The position numbers were made by a program, and so were the translations under genes. A stretch of DNA of 63,771 nucleotides, counting the filler, from Craspedostauros australis (taxonomy: Eukaryota), in NCBI GenBank assembly GCA_030167865.1. It is 5 parts of 5 records of this genome, joined end to end, with 100 filler letters (N's around TTAATTAATTAA, not from the genome) between each part and the next. Parts side by side here need not be neighbours in the genome. Positions count along the whole stretch, not along the records: positions 1 to 31,411 come from JALAGF010003848.1; positions 31,512 to 43,073 come from JALAGF010003849.1; 3 more parts are not named here. One strand, 5' to 3'. This document shows positions 22,314-34,600 of this stretch, one piece after another (the first letter of the stretch is position 1; every line of letters begins with the position of its first letter). The notes under the pieces were generated by a model. It made no database searches. It worked only from the letters and a program-made list of their open reading frames with translations, and had not been told where the DNA came from.

Positions 22314-23386
22314 GCATACTGGTATGTAAGGAGTCGCAGCATGGTATCGGATGCGACGCATGTGCCGTGTTGGAACGTATTATACAAGTGCAGCACTCTC
22401 TGGATCGTTAGATGAAGACCAGCGTCGCGTAATGAATACGACTAGATGGTCAATTTGCTTTGGGTGGGTGGTGCTCCCTTCCTGTCTCGCTGCAGAGACA
22501 GCGAGAGAGAGACAGCACAGCACAGCTCGAAACCGCACGCAAAGGAGTTTCCAGAACACGGGGTAGTGGTCTGGCCTTTTGCTGTTAATACAATAAACTA
22601 CAATCTATTGTCATCTTTGGTGTTGTGAGAGAGTGTTGGGAGAGTGGAGCGGAGTGTGCTGTGCCATCGTGTGATCATAGTATAGCAGTAATGGTGGCAG
22701 AATGCTTGTAGCAACAGCGCACGTGGCCGTCACGCCTCCTATTCCCAGACATCACCCGTGGCTAAACGGGACCGTTTTGGTGTGACGGTGTGGCCGCAGT
22801 GATTGGTCGTGTTGTGGGTTTGCAATCTCAGTCGCGGTAACTGAACAAATTGTGTGGAACCAGGAGGAATCCTGTTTGTGATTCACAGTGATGAGTCACA
22901 GACAAATTCAAGGCGGAGAAATGATCGGTTGTTATCCTCAGAAGTAGTTGTGTGAAGTGTCAGAAAATCATGTACATGGACGTGATCATTGATGTTCATG
23001 CTGGGGCTAAAGTATGAGTCACAAAAACGACTGCGGTGGGGAGGATCTTTGTCGATGTGGCTTGGCGGTACTGCGTGGGCGATTTTGTGCAGTGTGGGCG
23101 ATGTGTTGTCGTGGGCGGCCGCGCTTGTGGAAGTGGGAAAGAGACGAGGCGTGAAGTTTGTCAGGAGGAGTGGACGACCCTGTTCCACGGACACAAGTAC
23201 GAATAAATCGGGCTCTGCAGGGTACGAACACTCTGAGGAGGCAAAGGTGGCAAGGGAGGCCTCCGTTCCATCCCCTTGTGTGACTTGTCCATTCCTCCTT
23301 CCACCCAACGACTCGGCAACACCTCCTGAGTGGCTCGAACGAGCGCGAGTGCTTCATTGCACGCATCTGTGGAAGACCCGTCGCAC

Positions 23387-23460
23387 AAATAATACCATTC
23401 AAATAATACCATTCAAACACGAGCACGCTAATAGTACATAATAGTACATAATAGTACATA
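23387..23460 (+). repeat. Short tandem repeats (AAATAATACCATTC)x2 and (TAATAGTACA)x3 upstream of the DUF6824 gene
   Basis: Directly visible. Confidence 0.7.
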
Positions 23461-23621
23461 CCGCACGAGCGCACACGTGGAGACCCTTGGACCACACACG
23501 GATAGTCGCAGAGCAGTCGCAGAGCAGTTGCAGAACATCATACTGTACGAGCTGCTCGTGGTGCTGCACTCTCTGCTGGGGTACTAATCATACAAGCACC
23601 GATACAGCTGCTTGCGGAGAC

Positions 23622-25940
23622 ATGAGCGTGCAGGTTGCGACGCAAAAGGGATCCGCAATGAACAACCAAGAACAGGATGCGACTCTGGCTCTGCTCCAGT
23701 TCAGCAACCTGACGGAGCAGCCTGCCAAGGAGGACGCCGAGTCCGCATCGGATTCCCCCGCTGCGGCAGCAAAGGCGCCGGCCTCGGCAGATGAACCGGC
23801 CATGCGCCGCGACGAGAGGCCGCAGCCTGAATCCAATGGCGCCGAGACCGAGCGCGCAAGCAGGAAGGACGGTCAGCAACACCTTCGCGAGGCGGCCCAA
23901 TCCTCAAGTTCGAAACCTGCCTCCGCGTCCGCTTCTTCGCATCACGCGCAGGCGGGGACTCCCAAGGGAGGCGGTCGCAACGGTTCGGCAACGACATCGC
24001 AGCAGCAGGAGGCGCCCGCTGCAGACGACGATTCGGATGATGCCAGTGCTGTTGCCATGAGCGACAATGACAGCGCCAACCGCGTCAACCATGCCAACCA
24101 TGCCAAGACCAGAAAGAAGGACATGCATCCCAAGTTGCGCCAAAAGAAGCACAAGCGCGGCAAGCGCAAACCGGGCGACGACGCAGCGACCGCAACGCAG
24201 CAGAAGCATGCGCAGCTGGAGGCTCAGGCCGAGCTCGATGCGCAGGCCACGTTGCAAAGGATCCTCGCGCAAGATCCCAATCACGCGCACTTTCCTCTCG
24301 CCAACAACGCGAATGCGGCAGCGTTGTTCACCATGGCCCAAGCGAGTAAGCAGTCTCCTGAGATGCAACTGCCTCCTCCCAATGCTGCGGCCAACTTTGT
24401 CCATCCACTGGCGGCCGAGCATCAGAGGTTGCAGCTCCTGCAAGCCGAGGCGCTCTTCGCTCGTGGCGCGATGCGACTGGCCAAACCCAGCGAGGCGTAC
24501 GGGACTACACATACCGCGAAGAAAATCAGATTGGCCAACGATATCGCTAAGTCCGCAGTCAAACTGGACAAAGATGGAAAGATCCGCATCGGTCGCAAGA
24601 GGAAGAATCAGCAAGTCGCCAGATCGCAGTTTGATGATGCGCACGAATCGCCGCTGGTTCTGCCGCCCCCGGCACCACCTTGCGCTGCGCCACCGCCGCC
24701 GGCTTCGTTCGGAGTGCCACCGTATCCGGAGTCGCACGATTTCGCCATGCTTGCCATGGAGAATGGAGCGCCGCGGCTCGCACAGTCGGCCGCGCCTCTT
24801 GACAGGCCGTCGTCATTCATCCCTTACGCCGGTCATCGTGCTCTGCAACTGCAAAGAGAGCTCGAGGCGGAACGTCACCAGCGGCTGCAGTTGGAAGCGA
24901 TGTTGCGGGCCAAGATGGATCCCGCGTTCGTGACAGCGGCACCACCGGGGTTAGCCGCATTTCATCCCGCGCTTGGTGCGCAGCCTCATGTTGCGAACGC
25001 CATGCTCAACGGTGCGCCGCCGCAGATATTCCACGCTGCGCCGCCGCATGAGGGTACGTCGCCCGTGCCGCGCTTTGTTGCGCCGCGTTTGCCGGAGCAT
25101 ATCATTCACCATGCACCCGAAATGATGGCAAGGGCGGAATTGACACCGACTCAGCAATTGGCGGTGGCTCAACAATTGACGGCGGCTCAACAATTGACGG
25201 CGGCTCAGCAGGTAGCGGCAGGAGCGGCAGCTTTGGCGGGCCAAGCAACCACACCATCTAACTTTCCCACCGCCAAGTCGAACAATTCCCCGCGACGTGG
25301 TGGCGAGGACGACGAGACGGTGCCGGCCGTTCCAAAGGCTCTGGAAGAAGGAGCTATGAAGGCACCCAGTGGCACGGCCGCGGAGCCGGCGAACAAGAGC
25401 CCCAAGGGACGTCCCAAAACGCAACACCTCAGCACCAAGGTGCGATACCAAGAGTACACCCCGCCACAGGCATGGTCCGAGCTTGCGGAGGCAGACAAGA
25501 TGCCAGAAATCAAGGAGGACTACGACAAGGCCCGTCCGGTCGTTCCATCGGAGGTCAGTCCGAACGACGTGCTGCTCGGCAGAGGTGGCTTGACCAACAG
25601 CAACCCCGGAAACATCAAGTTCCGCGAGCTCGTCCGAAAGTACCGCATGGCCTACTGCACGGCGCCGAAGGGGGATAAGGGAGCCCTGGCTCGATACTTG
25701 TGCAACTTTGTGCGATCCAAGAAGGGCCGCTTCCTCAAACGTGACGACGAGAACGATTCCGCGCATGCGTACTTCGAGGTGGGTGACGAGAAGGCCGTCT
25801 CCAAATGCGGTCAGGCACTGAGGGAGGGCACGGCGCAGATGATCCGGCGCGTCATGAATGACGGCATCGACGAGTCGCTCCAAAATCATGGCACGGGGGC
25901 CGACGATGGCACGAGGCAGCATCCGTACATGCCGGGTTAG
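23622..25940 (+). CDS. Low-complexity protein with C-terminal diatom-type DUF6824 domain
   Basis: PNDVLLGRGG...NPGNIKFRELV...Y...K...GRFLK...KCGQALRE at about 25560-25830. Internal 18-nt QQLTAA repeats at about 25140-25210. Confidence 0.8.
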   Translation: MSVQVATQKGSAMNNQEQDATLALLQFSNLTEQPAKEDAESASDSPAAAAKAPASADEPAMRRDERPQPESNGAETERASRKDGQQHLREAAQSSSSKPASASASSHHAQAGTPKGGGRNGSATTSQQQEAPAADDDSDDASAVAMSDNDSANRVNHANHAKTRKKDMHPKLRQKKHKRGKRKPGDDAATATQQKHAQLEAQAELDAQATLQRILAQDPNHAHFPLANNANAAALFTMAQASKQSPEMQLPPPNAAANFVHPLAAEHQRLQLLQAEALFARGAMRLAKPSEAYGTTHTAKKIRLANDIAKSAVKLDKDGKIRIGRKRKNQQVARSQFDDAHESPLVLPPPAPPCAAPPPPASFGVPPYPESHDFAMLAMENGAPRLAQSAAPLDRPSSFIPYAGHRALQLQRELEAERHQRLQLEAMLRAKMDPAFVTAAPPGLAAFHPALGAQPHVANAMLNGAPPQIFHAAPPHEGTSPVPRFVAPRLPEHIIHHAPEMMARAELTPTQQLAVAQQLTAAQQLTAAQQVAAGAAALAGQATTPSNFPTAKSNNSPRRGGEDDETVPAVPKALEEGAMKAPSGTAAEPANKSPKGRPKTQHLSTKVRYQEYTPPQAWSELAEADKMPEIKEDYDKARPVVPSEVSPNDVLLGRGGLTNSNPGNIKFRELVRKYRMAYCTAPKGDKGALARYLCNFVRSKKGRFLKRDDENDSAHAYFEVGDEKAVSKCGQALREGTAQMIRRVMNDGIDESLQNHGTGADDGTRQHPYMPG

Positions 25941-26244
25941 CAGCGATGGTTCGCGCAGGGCATTTACTGGTATGGTACAGACAGGAGCAGGAACATGCCT
26001 GGTCTCTGCTCGTAGAAGTGCCAATCACACTCGTACTTTCAGTTACCGTGTACAGCACAATAGGAATAAGTCCTGGTACTGGTACTCGCTGCGATGATAA
26101 TCAAACAAGTGACATACCAGTACTACTGTACTATGTAGCACCATCACACGTCTCATCGTGTCACAGCCAATCTGCTGATCGCTGTGGTGCTTCGTTCTCG
26201 TAGGGAAGAGCTCCCACGCTGTATGATTGGTTTGTTTTAGCATT

Positions 26245-28563
26245 CTACGCCGTCTTATCCTCCAGGATATCCTCTAATATGATGCCTGGGTCTCTGCTAC
26301 CGCCATGCTGGAGCATCTTCTTCCACAGCGCCTCGCCCGATGAGCGGTCAAAGGGGGACTTCTCAAACAGGTGCTTCCAAATATTGTCAGCGAAGGTTTG
26401 GGCGAAGAGGTAGCCGTAGTATCCGGCACCGTATGTAATGAGATGTCCCACGGAGGTGTAATGGTGCGTCCCTCGGGCGAGCGGGACGTTGGCTTGTTCG
26501 TGCAGCGATTTCCACAGCGTCTGCGTGGACGTGGAGTCGCTGCCTTTGGTCGGTGGTGCAGAGAACACATGCTGATCGAACATGGACAGCACGACCTGAT
26601 TCTGCATCTCAACGTGACGAAATGCATTCCTGGACTGCACCAGCGAGGCCAAGACATCCGGTGGAATAGGGGCTCCATCACGGTTTTTCGCCAGATGTTG
26701 CGACAGCGTCCTTTCATCCCACACAAAGTGCTCCAATAGATGCGATGGCGTCTCGACAAAGTCCAAGGAACCTCTCGTGCCAGACAAATGCTGGAACTTG
26801 GTGCGGCTCAGCAGCGAGTGCAGGGCGTGTCCGAATTCATGGAACAGGGTCTCGACCTCGGAATGCGTGGAGAAGCTTGCGGCGCCAGAGTTCATGTTGC
26901 ACACCAGCGCGACGATGGGTAGCTGGAACTCATTCGTTTCGGCATCTGCCAAGCAACCGCATTGCACGGTGAAGTGAGCCGCGTGAGTGTACTTGCCCTC
27001 TCTGGGGTGCAGATCGAGATAAATCGTCCCGAGCATCTTCTCCGATTCGGCATCCATGAAGACGAACTTCTTGATGGAGTCCTGCGATCGCCCATTGCCA
27101 TTGCCATTGCCATTGCTGCTGTTGTTGTGTCCATCCCACCGCTCCGCGTCCGCCATGACCTCTTCTCTCATTTGGATATTGAACAATGTGTCGACGAGGA
27201 ACTGCAGCGTGGAGATGCAGTTGTCGAGGTTGAGGTACGGCGCCAACGAGGCAGGATCCAGACCGCCGAACTGCTTCTGCGACTTCATCAATTTGACGTA
27301 GTACTTGATATCCCACGCGTTGATCGCAGCTGTCTCCGACGCAGTTCCCTCCATATGCTGCTTGGCTTGCTGCAGGACGGCCATTTCTTGCTGATACATC
27401 GGAGATATCTGCTGCTGCACGGAGTCGAGGAACGCGATGGCCTTCTGTGGCGATTTGGCCATCTTGTCTTGGAGGAATCGATGCGCGTACGACTCGAATC
27501 CTAAATGCACTGACGACTCGTGTCGCAGCTGTCGCAGATCCTCCAGGACCTGCAAATTCGCTGGGACGGCCGTGTTCATTGCGTGGTGGACTTGCCGGCG
27601 CAGTTCTGAATCCTTCGCGAATCCAGCGATGGTGTGAGCGATGGGCGAGGCGACGTCCGTCATGACGTGCTTGCCATCATCGGAGTAAACGGCACCATTG
27701 GCCACCAGGGCTGCTCTGGGGATGAGGTTCTCCACCAACGAGGCGTCGAGCTGGCAGGTATCGGCCGCGTTCGTGATGTTCTGCATGAAGCTCGTCTCGA
27801 CCTCACCGACCATCCTGTGATTGTGCTGCGCCTGGACGCGATCCTCATCCGAGAGGTGAATTCCCTCGAGCTCAAATTCTTGCTTCAGCAGAACGGCGAA
27901 GCGCTGTTCCTCTTCGTCCAGTTCGGCAAAGTAGGACGATGCTGTGACCTGCACCAAGGCCTGGTACAGGTGCATGTCGCCATTGAGCGTCGCGATGTAG
28001 GCGCCCAGCTGCTCGAAGACGATCTGCGCCGTGCCACGCCATTCGGGAGACGAGTGGGCGGATCTGCACAGCTCGGCTGCATCGATGACGTTGCAGACCG
28101 TTCTGGAGATCTGATCCAGCTGAAAGAGCATGGATTTGGCGTGCGCCAAGGACGACGGCACCGATTGGGATGAAACTTGCGCGGCCAGTTCCTCTCGCAT
28201 CGCATCGCACGACGTCTCTGCTTCGTTCGCCATCCTCGTGAAGTCGTCGGTCGTCACGAGGCCGCTGATGGAGAAGAGGCCAGTTTGACCGCGCTTGGCT
28301 GCGTCCGCATGAGTGGAATGGGTTCTGCGTGATGAGATGACAGAGATGCTGGCTGCCGCACGTGTGCGCCCAGTTGTCCGATGCGCAAGTCCCCACTTCT
28401 CGCTGTTCAAAGCAACATGAGCATCCGCAAAGTGTCGTGTGGCTGTCGCTGTTGCTGTTGCTGTTGCTGATATTGACAACGAGGAAGCATGCGTCGTGGA
28501 GCATCTCAGCGCTGTCGCAAGTCTTCGCAGGGATGGAAGGCGGGGAACTGATCCGCCAAGCAT
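26245..28563 (-). CDS. MIPEP: Mitochondrial intermediate peptidase (peptidase M3A)
   Basis: LFHEFGHALHSLLSRT (HExxH), SGTRGSLDFVETPSHL, YLDLHPREGKYTHAAHFT, YGAGYYGY; mitochondrial-type N-terminus. Confidence 0.92.
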   Translation of the reverse strand: MLGGSVPRLPSLRRLATALRCSTTHASSLSISATATATATATRHFADAHVALNSEKWGLAHRTTGRTRAAASISVISSRRTHSTHADAAKRGQTGLFSISGLVTTDDFTRMANEAETSCDAMREELAAQVSSQSVPSSLAHAKSMLFQLDQISRTVCNVIDAAELCRSAHSSPEWRGTAQIVFEQLGAYIATLNGDMHLYQALVQVTASSYFAELDEEEQRFAVLLKQEFELEGIHLSDEDRVQAQHNHRMVGEVETSFMQNITNAADTCQLDASLVENLIPRAALVANGAVYSDDGKHVMTDVASPIAHTIAGFAKDSELRRQVHHAMNTAVPANLQVLEDLRQLRHESSVHLGFESYAHRFLQDKMAKSPQKAIAFLDSVQQQISPMYQQEMAVLQQAKQHMEGTASETAAINAWDIKYYVKLMKSQKQFGGLDPASLAPYLNLDNCISTLQFLVDTLFNIQMREEVMADAERWDGHNNSSNGNGNGNGRSQDSIKKFVFMDAESEKMLGTIYLDLHPREGKYTHAAHFTVQCGCLADAETNEFQLPIVALVCNMNSGAASFSTHSEVETLFHEFGHALHSLLSRTKFQHLSGTRGSLDFVETPSHLLEHFVWDERTLSQHLAKNRDGAPIPPDVLASLVQSRNAFRHVEMQNQVVLSMFDQHVFSAPPTKGSDSTSTQTLWKSLHEQANVPLARGTHHYTSVGHLITYGAGYYGYLFAQTFADNIWKHLFEKSPFDRSSGEALWKKMLQHGGSRDPGIILEDILEDKTA

Positions 28564-29060
28564 CTTTGCGGTTGTGTATGTATGAGTATGCGTATGCGCA
28601 TGTGTGTGTGCGCATGTGTGTGCGTGTCAGTATGAGCCTAAGTATCACTGGAGGAGAAGCCGTACGAGTATGAGACAGGTGCTGATAGGTGCTTGTGTGA
28701 TGTTGCTGATGTCGTCACACACAGCAAAGGAACAGATCCAGAGAGGAGCGGAATCTGTTGGACCGGCAGGTTGCAGTGTCATTCAAAGATACCAAAAAGT
28801 GTGACGGTTCGTGCTGCGACCGGCGCCCAAAGGACGGTGACGCACCGAATGCAGCTGTCCAGAGACGAGCAAGAACAAGAAGATGGATTCCGCCGGTACG
28901 ATGACGCTGGCCGCTCCCAGGCTGCACTCGTGCGAGCTAGAGCGGTGCGAGTAGGCGTTGATAATAGCTGGTGCGTGTGTGCGTGTCTCTAGAGCGTTAT
29001 AGCTATAATACTCGTTTGCCATTGTTGGCATCATTCTTGGTGGCTCTGTCGCAGGCATTG

Positions 29061-30038
29061 TCATGGTTGTTGCCGAACATCGCTGTGCCTCGCTTCGCGC
29101 TTTCTGTGTTCCTGGAGGATGGCATCGTGGAGGCCCAGCAACCTCGCCCAGGTCCTTGCAGTGTTGCTGAGTTTCTGGGAGTACTTGGAGAGGAGGGTGG
29201 CCCTGTGGACCGGTTCCAGGACCTTCGGGATCTTCGACTGCGCAGACAGGACCTGCTGGATGTACTTCTTGCGGTGCTGGATGATGCTGGGATCCAGCAA
29301 GGTCTCCAGACCTCTCATCTCCTCCGGCTGCTTGAAGAACTCCTTCGCGATCCTGCTCTTCGTGTCGGATGGTATGCTGGGATCGAACAGCACGCGGAAC
29401 GGCCGGACTTGCAACGCTGGATGAGATTGCGCCGCCTTGATCATCAGGACCTGGATGTCCAGGAAGATCTGCCTTTGTTCCTTCTTGGTCCACCACAGCT
29501 TGGACCTGCGCCGTCGTTGTTTTCGCGCGCCGCCGTCGTCGTCCTCAATGGTGGCGGCAGCAGCGGCCGGCGTGTCTGACGGGGTGAGGAGAGCCTCGTC
29601 GCCTCCTCGCGCGCGCATAGCAGACGTTCTTGGTTTCGATTTTGCTGTTTTCGAGGACTTGGATGTTGAGGATGACTTCGAACCTGTCGTGGACGGTGAT
29701 GCCATGTCTGGCGTGGGCTCCAAGAACCGCACCATCTTCCCCCTGACTGACAATGATCTGCTGCTGTTGGGTTGACGTGCGTTGCCGTGAACGGCACCAC
29801 CGCGGCTGGCGGGCAACGATTGCGATGAGCCCGAAACGAGACCAGCGATGAAGTTATCACACCCCACATCATCGCTCGCCCCGCTTTCCGAATCCAGCTG
29901 ATCCCAAGCCAAGGTTTCATCCTCCCCAGATGACTCCCTTTCGCTGTGCACGTCTTCCGTCGCTGACGTTGACGTCGTTGACGGTGATGATGGAGACGAT
30001 GATGACCGTGGTGCAGGCTCACTCTTGCAACCGGACAT
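29061..30038 (-). CDS. Uncharacterised protein of a diatom-expanded family (VRF...LWW...RGLE motif); start uncertain
   Basis: Ser-rich N-terminus followed by KMVRF, KLWWTKKE, MRGLE, QVLSAQ, ARLLGLHD. Confidence 0.6.
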   Translation of the reverse strand: MSGCKSEPAPRSSSSPSSPSTTSTSATEDVHSERESSGEDETLAWDQLDSESGASDDVGCDNFIAGLVSGSSQSLPASRGGAVHGNARQPNSSRSLSVRGKMVRFLEPTPDMASPSTTGSKSSSTSKSSKTAKSKPRTSAMRARGGDEALLTPSDTPAAAAATIEDDDGGARKQRRRRSKLWWTKKEQRQIFLDIQVLMIKAAQSHPALQVRPFRVLFDPSIPSDTKSRIAKEFFKQPEEMRGLETLLDPSIIQHRKKYIQQVLSAQSKIPKVLEPVHRATLLSKYSQKLSNTARTWARLLGLHDAILQEHRKREARHSDVRQQP

Positions 30039-31411
30039 CGATGTCGATGGCAACGGCGTCGACCTGATCTTGGCCTTGGATGCTGATGGCAACGTGGCTC
30101 GCACTGATGTCAACACGCGCTTGCTATCATGCCGTGACCGACTCCGTTCTGCATTCGAAACGTTCTTCGCTTCGTCCGTGGTCCGTACACAGGCTTGGAT
30201 TAGCATCGTGCCGTATGGTGCGACCTGTGGTATGGTGCGACCTATGGCACCGCGTGTTTCGGCGATGGATGGGATCACGAGACGTCCTTTCGGCTACAAA
30301 CCAGCGATGGCGTCTGAGCAGTGCGATCTCACAACGCTGATCCTGGAACAAGAACAATCACAATTGCAACACCAGAGTGATTGTGGATCGATGAACAATG
30401 GGAGGAACGACGGAAGGAACAATGGAAGGAAAGAGACGAACGGAGCAAGTGCTCAAGATTTGGATGGTCTTGTTCTTCTGTCTTTTCCTCTCAGTCGCCT
30501 CACTTTGCTTTCGTTTGTTGTGGTCGTTGATGTTGCGCCCACTGCTCTGCTCGTATGGTACATAGGTTGCAGGTCGTACGTGAAGAGTTATCGTCACACC
30601 CACACGCTCCCGCTGTCAACAGAGGCCGCGACGTGACGCAGGGTACTTGCACTTGGGCTTGCACCAGATCTTGAGCTCGTTCTTGCTGGCATGGTCGACG
30701 TGCGGTCGCATGGAACGGAGGCGGTGATCTTGTTGTCTTTGCGATGTTGGTGCTTTCCTGCCCCTCTGTTCCGACCATACACGTGCCATGCGGTGCACTT
30801 ATCTCCTTGTTTTGGCGTCTGACTCATGCCGCATGTTACTGGATCACTCGCTTGAGCTGTCGCCATTGGCCAACAACACCCCCAGGACGTTTCGTGCCAT
30901 GGCCGGAATAAACAATCCGTCCACCATGGTGCACACGTTGCCGTCCTGGTTCCTCGACCGTTGTTCCAGGGGTCGCTTGTGTTGACACCGCATCGTATTT
31001 GGAAAACATCCTCACAGATGTCAGTGTTCGCCAAAGACGGGTGCGAGTCACGATCGATTTCCCGTTCCACGATCTCGAACAAAACAAGCGCCACAGACCA
31101 CTTCTCATTGGATGGTCACCAAACAGCAATATCCATAAAGAGAGATTCTGTCTGGGGAGACCAAAAATGGCCATTTTGGGCTCAGGAGACAAAGTTACCC
31201 GGAGGTTCGCCAAAATCCGGTCTGAGGAGACAATTTTCAGTTCCACGTGATAAATCTCCACGATAGGANNNNNCGGTCGAATACTTCGACTAAAAGAAAC
31301 TCTGCCAGCTCTTCGTTCTGACATCTTCTCCTCCAAGATTTTCTTCATCGTCATTGTTTCTTCGCTTTCCTCCAGATGGCAACAACCCTCCCTCTCCAAC
31401 CTCCTTGCCTG

Positions 31412-31511
31412 NNNNNNNNNNNNNNNNNNNNNNNNNNNNNNNNNNNNNNNNNNNNTTAATTAATTAANNNNNNNNNNNNNNNNNNNNNNNNNNNNNNNNN
31501 NNNNNNNNNNN
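31412..31511. other. Artificial contig linker (N44-TTAATTAATTAA-N44)
   Basis: Six-frame stop linker flanked by Ns; identical copies occur elsewhere in the window. Confidence 0.97.
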
Positions 31512-31513
31512 CC

Positions 31514-31681
31514 GAGAACGAGAAGCTCCGATCGGAAGCGTGTACCCAGCCAACAACCAACGACGTAAGGCCACGGACGGTCCAGTGCGAACAGAAAGCT
31601 ATCGAAAGGGGTGACAACCTGGACGAGGTGCACGACAAAAGAAGCGACGGGGACTCGGAAGAGGACCCGGAAAAGGGTTAG
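31514..31681 (+). CDS. Probable 3' end of ORF1 of the second LINE (partial)
   Basis: Open frame ENEKLRSEAC...EEDPEKG*; ENEKLRSE resembles EIDKLRAE near the end of the element-1 ORF1. Confidence 0.5.
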   Translation, partial: ENEKLRSEACTQPTTNDVRPRTVQCEQKAIERGDNLDEVHDKRSDGDSEEDPEKG

Positions 31682-34600
31682 ACCTAACGGGCAAGGGCAA
31701 CAGTTGGTGGAAGCACAACGACAGACCCAGAGCCCGGAACAAGCGCCCACAATAGAGGCCGTTATACCGCAACGGACTCGACGTGGAGAGGATGAAAGGG
31801 AACAAGGAAGGAGGAGGACGAACAGGGTGAGGAGGACGATGCTGAGGAAGCAAAAAGGCCAACTGCGAATAGGACTACAAAACTTCGGGGGGCTAGGAAG
31901 ACGACCAGGGGACGTGGATGAAGGACTGAAGCAATGGATGAACGAAGGGGAATTTGATGTATTCGGGATCACGGAAGTCAACGTGGATTGGAGAACGACG
32001 ACGACGGAACACTCGCTCAAAGGAAGAATCAAGGAGTGGTGGCCAACCGGCACATCGGTGGCCAGAACCGCAAACAACCAAACCAACGAGCCAACGTACA
32101 GCAAACAATGGGGCGGGGTGGCGATGATAAGCCGGTTCCAGGCAGCAATAAGAATCATGGAGCAAGGCGAAGATGCAACGCGACTGGGCAGGTGGGTATG
32201 GCAACGGTACCGAGGGGCGAACCAACAAACACTCCGGGTAGCAACGGCATATCGGCCGTGCCGACCGCGAAGCAAGGGATTTCTCAACACGCACGCACAA
32301 CAGAGACGATACTTCAACGAGAGAAACATGGAAAAGGAACCAAGGGCGGCGATGATGGAGGACCTACAAACGGAGGTGCAGAAGTGGAAGCAGAGCGGAG
32401 ATCACATTATCGTGATTATGGACTGCAACGAGGACACCGACTCGACGACCATGAGGCAATTCCAATCCGCAACAGGGTTAGTGAATGTCATGGAGAAAGC
32501 AGGGGGGGATGTGCGCCGGACGCCGACACATAGGCTGGGCAAAGTCCCGATCGACGGGATATTTGCATCCATAGCCGTGACCGTGGAAGGCGCAGGAGTG
32601 AGCGACTGGGACGAAGGGATCCAGATGAAACAAGCAGACCACCGGTGTCTGTGGGTTGATATCAGCATGGAGGCGGTGCTTGGACAATCGATGCCGTCGT
32701 TACGAAAAGCGGTATCGAGGCGTGTCAAGACGGAGGATCCACGCATCGTACAAAAATTCAACGAGAAGTATGAAGCATACCTGAAGCAACACAAGGCGCG
32801 GAAGCGAGCGTTTCAACTGGAGAAGCAGGCGTCAGAGATGTGGACAGCGGCGATGGAGGCAGAGGCGGAAGCATTGGATCAAGTACGAGTGCAAGGGATT
32901 TGGCAGGCGGATAAGGCATGTCGAAGATTACGCATGGGAGGCATACCGTATTCCAGAGAGTACAAGATGATCGAAGCCGCGATAGGGCTATGGAATAACA
33001 TTGCACGGAAGCGACGAGGGATGAAGGTGTCGTCAACTACGATCGTGCGATTGGCCAAGAGAGCACACGAAGACCGACGAGTGAAAGAGCTAATGAGGAC
33101 GGATGACGAAGGCGTACAACGAGAGCAAGAAAGAGCATACGGTAACCTCAAACAGTTTCGGGCGAGGGCAACCAAGGCAAGAGAAAATTGGCTCGACGGA
33201 TTGGCGGCAGCGAGAGGGGAGAAGGAGAGACAAGACAGATCAACGCAAAGCAAGAAGATGGCAATCGGGAGGGGAGAGGCGACAGCGCAGCAACTGTACC
33301 AGCTACGACGGAAAGAAAGGGTCAGGGCCACGTACCAGCGCATACGCATGGCAACCGGAGAACAGGCGACAGCAGGGATCTCAATGGTGGTGGCGCCTGA
33401 CGGCAACGGCAACTGGGTGGAGAGAACGGGGAAAGAGGATATCGAAAAAGGATGCATGGAGGAGAACAAAAGGCGGTTCAGACAGACGGAAGAGACACCA
33501 TTCATGCACGGGGAATTGGCCAGAGAGTTCGGATATCTGGGAGTGACGGAAGCAGCAGAGAAAACGCTACTGGGCCAATACGATCCAAAACCATGGATAG
33601 ACGAAGGTGCCAGGAAGCTACTGCAAGGGTTGTCGTCAGTGGCGAGAAAGCAAATACCGGCAGGGATGACAACGGAAGAATTCAGAGACGGGTGGAGGAA
33701 AGCAAAGGAAGATACATCAGCAGGACCGTCGGGATTACACTTCGGACATTTCAAAGCAATTGCAGCACACCAAAAGAATTCGGAATTTGAAGCAAGCATG
33801 ACATCGATAGCCATAAAAAGCGGGTATTCGTATCGGCGATGGCGGAAAGGCACGGACGTGGAGCTGATGAAGAAAGCGAACAGCTTCCGAGTCGACAAGC
33901 TCAGGACCATCGTGCTATTTGAAGCGGACTTCAATTTCGCCAACAAAGCTATCGGAAGGAAAGCGGCGAAACAAGCGGAACAGCAAACCGGGTTCGCAGA
34001 AGAGCAATATGGCAGCCGCAAAAGACACCGGGCGATTGACCATGCGCTGAACAAACAGCTCACGATGGATTGGGCACGCCAGACAAGAACACCTACGGTG
34101 GTATGCACCAACGACCTCAAGAGCTGCTATGATCGCATAGTGCACTCGGTAGCGTCGATCGGACTACAACGACAAGGGATCGCGCAATCGGAGGTGGTAT
34201 GCATGTTCAGCACGCTCCAGCAACTTGAGCATTACATTCGCACAGCGTACGGGGAATCCAATGACACGTACGGTGGAAGCAAATGGGTGGTACCAATGCA
34301 GGGTATTTACCAAGGGAATGGAGCAGGCCCAGTGATATGGGCGGTAATCTCATCGCCAATACTGGAAATCATGAAAACGGAAGGGCATACAGCACGGATC
34401 GAGACAGCAGTGGAAAGAGAAGAAATCCAAATGGTGGGGTATGCATTCGTGGACGATACGGATTTGGTCGTCAATGCACGCAAGGGCGAGGGCATACAGG
34501 AAGTCATTCAGAGGATGCAACAGAGCGTGAAATCGTGGGAGAGTCTGGCGAGAGCAACGGGCGGAGCGCTAGTGGTGGAGAAGTGCATGTGGTGGGCGAT

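Noticed and set aside
31456..31467. Recurrent TTAATTAATTAA motif (also inside the linkers at 43074, 47944 and 60010)
   Set aside because: Artificial six-frame-stop linker within N runs; not biological.
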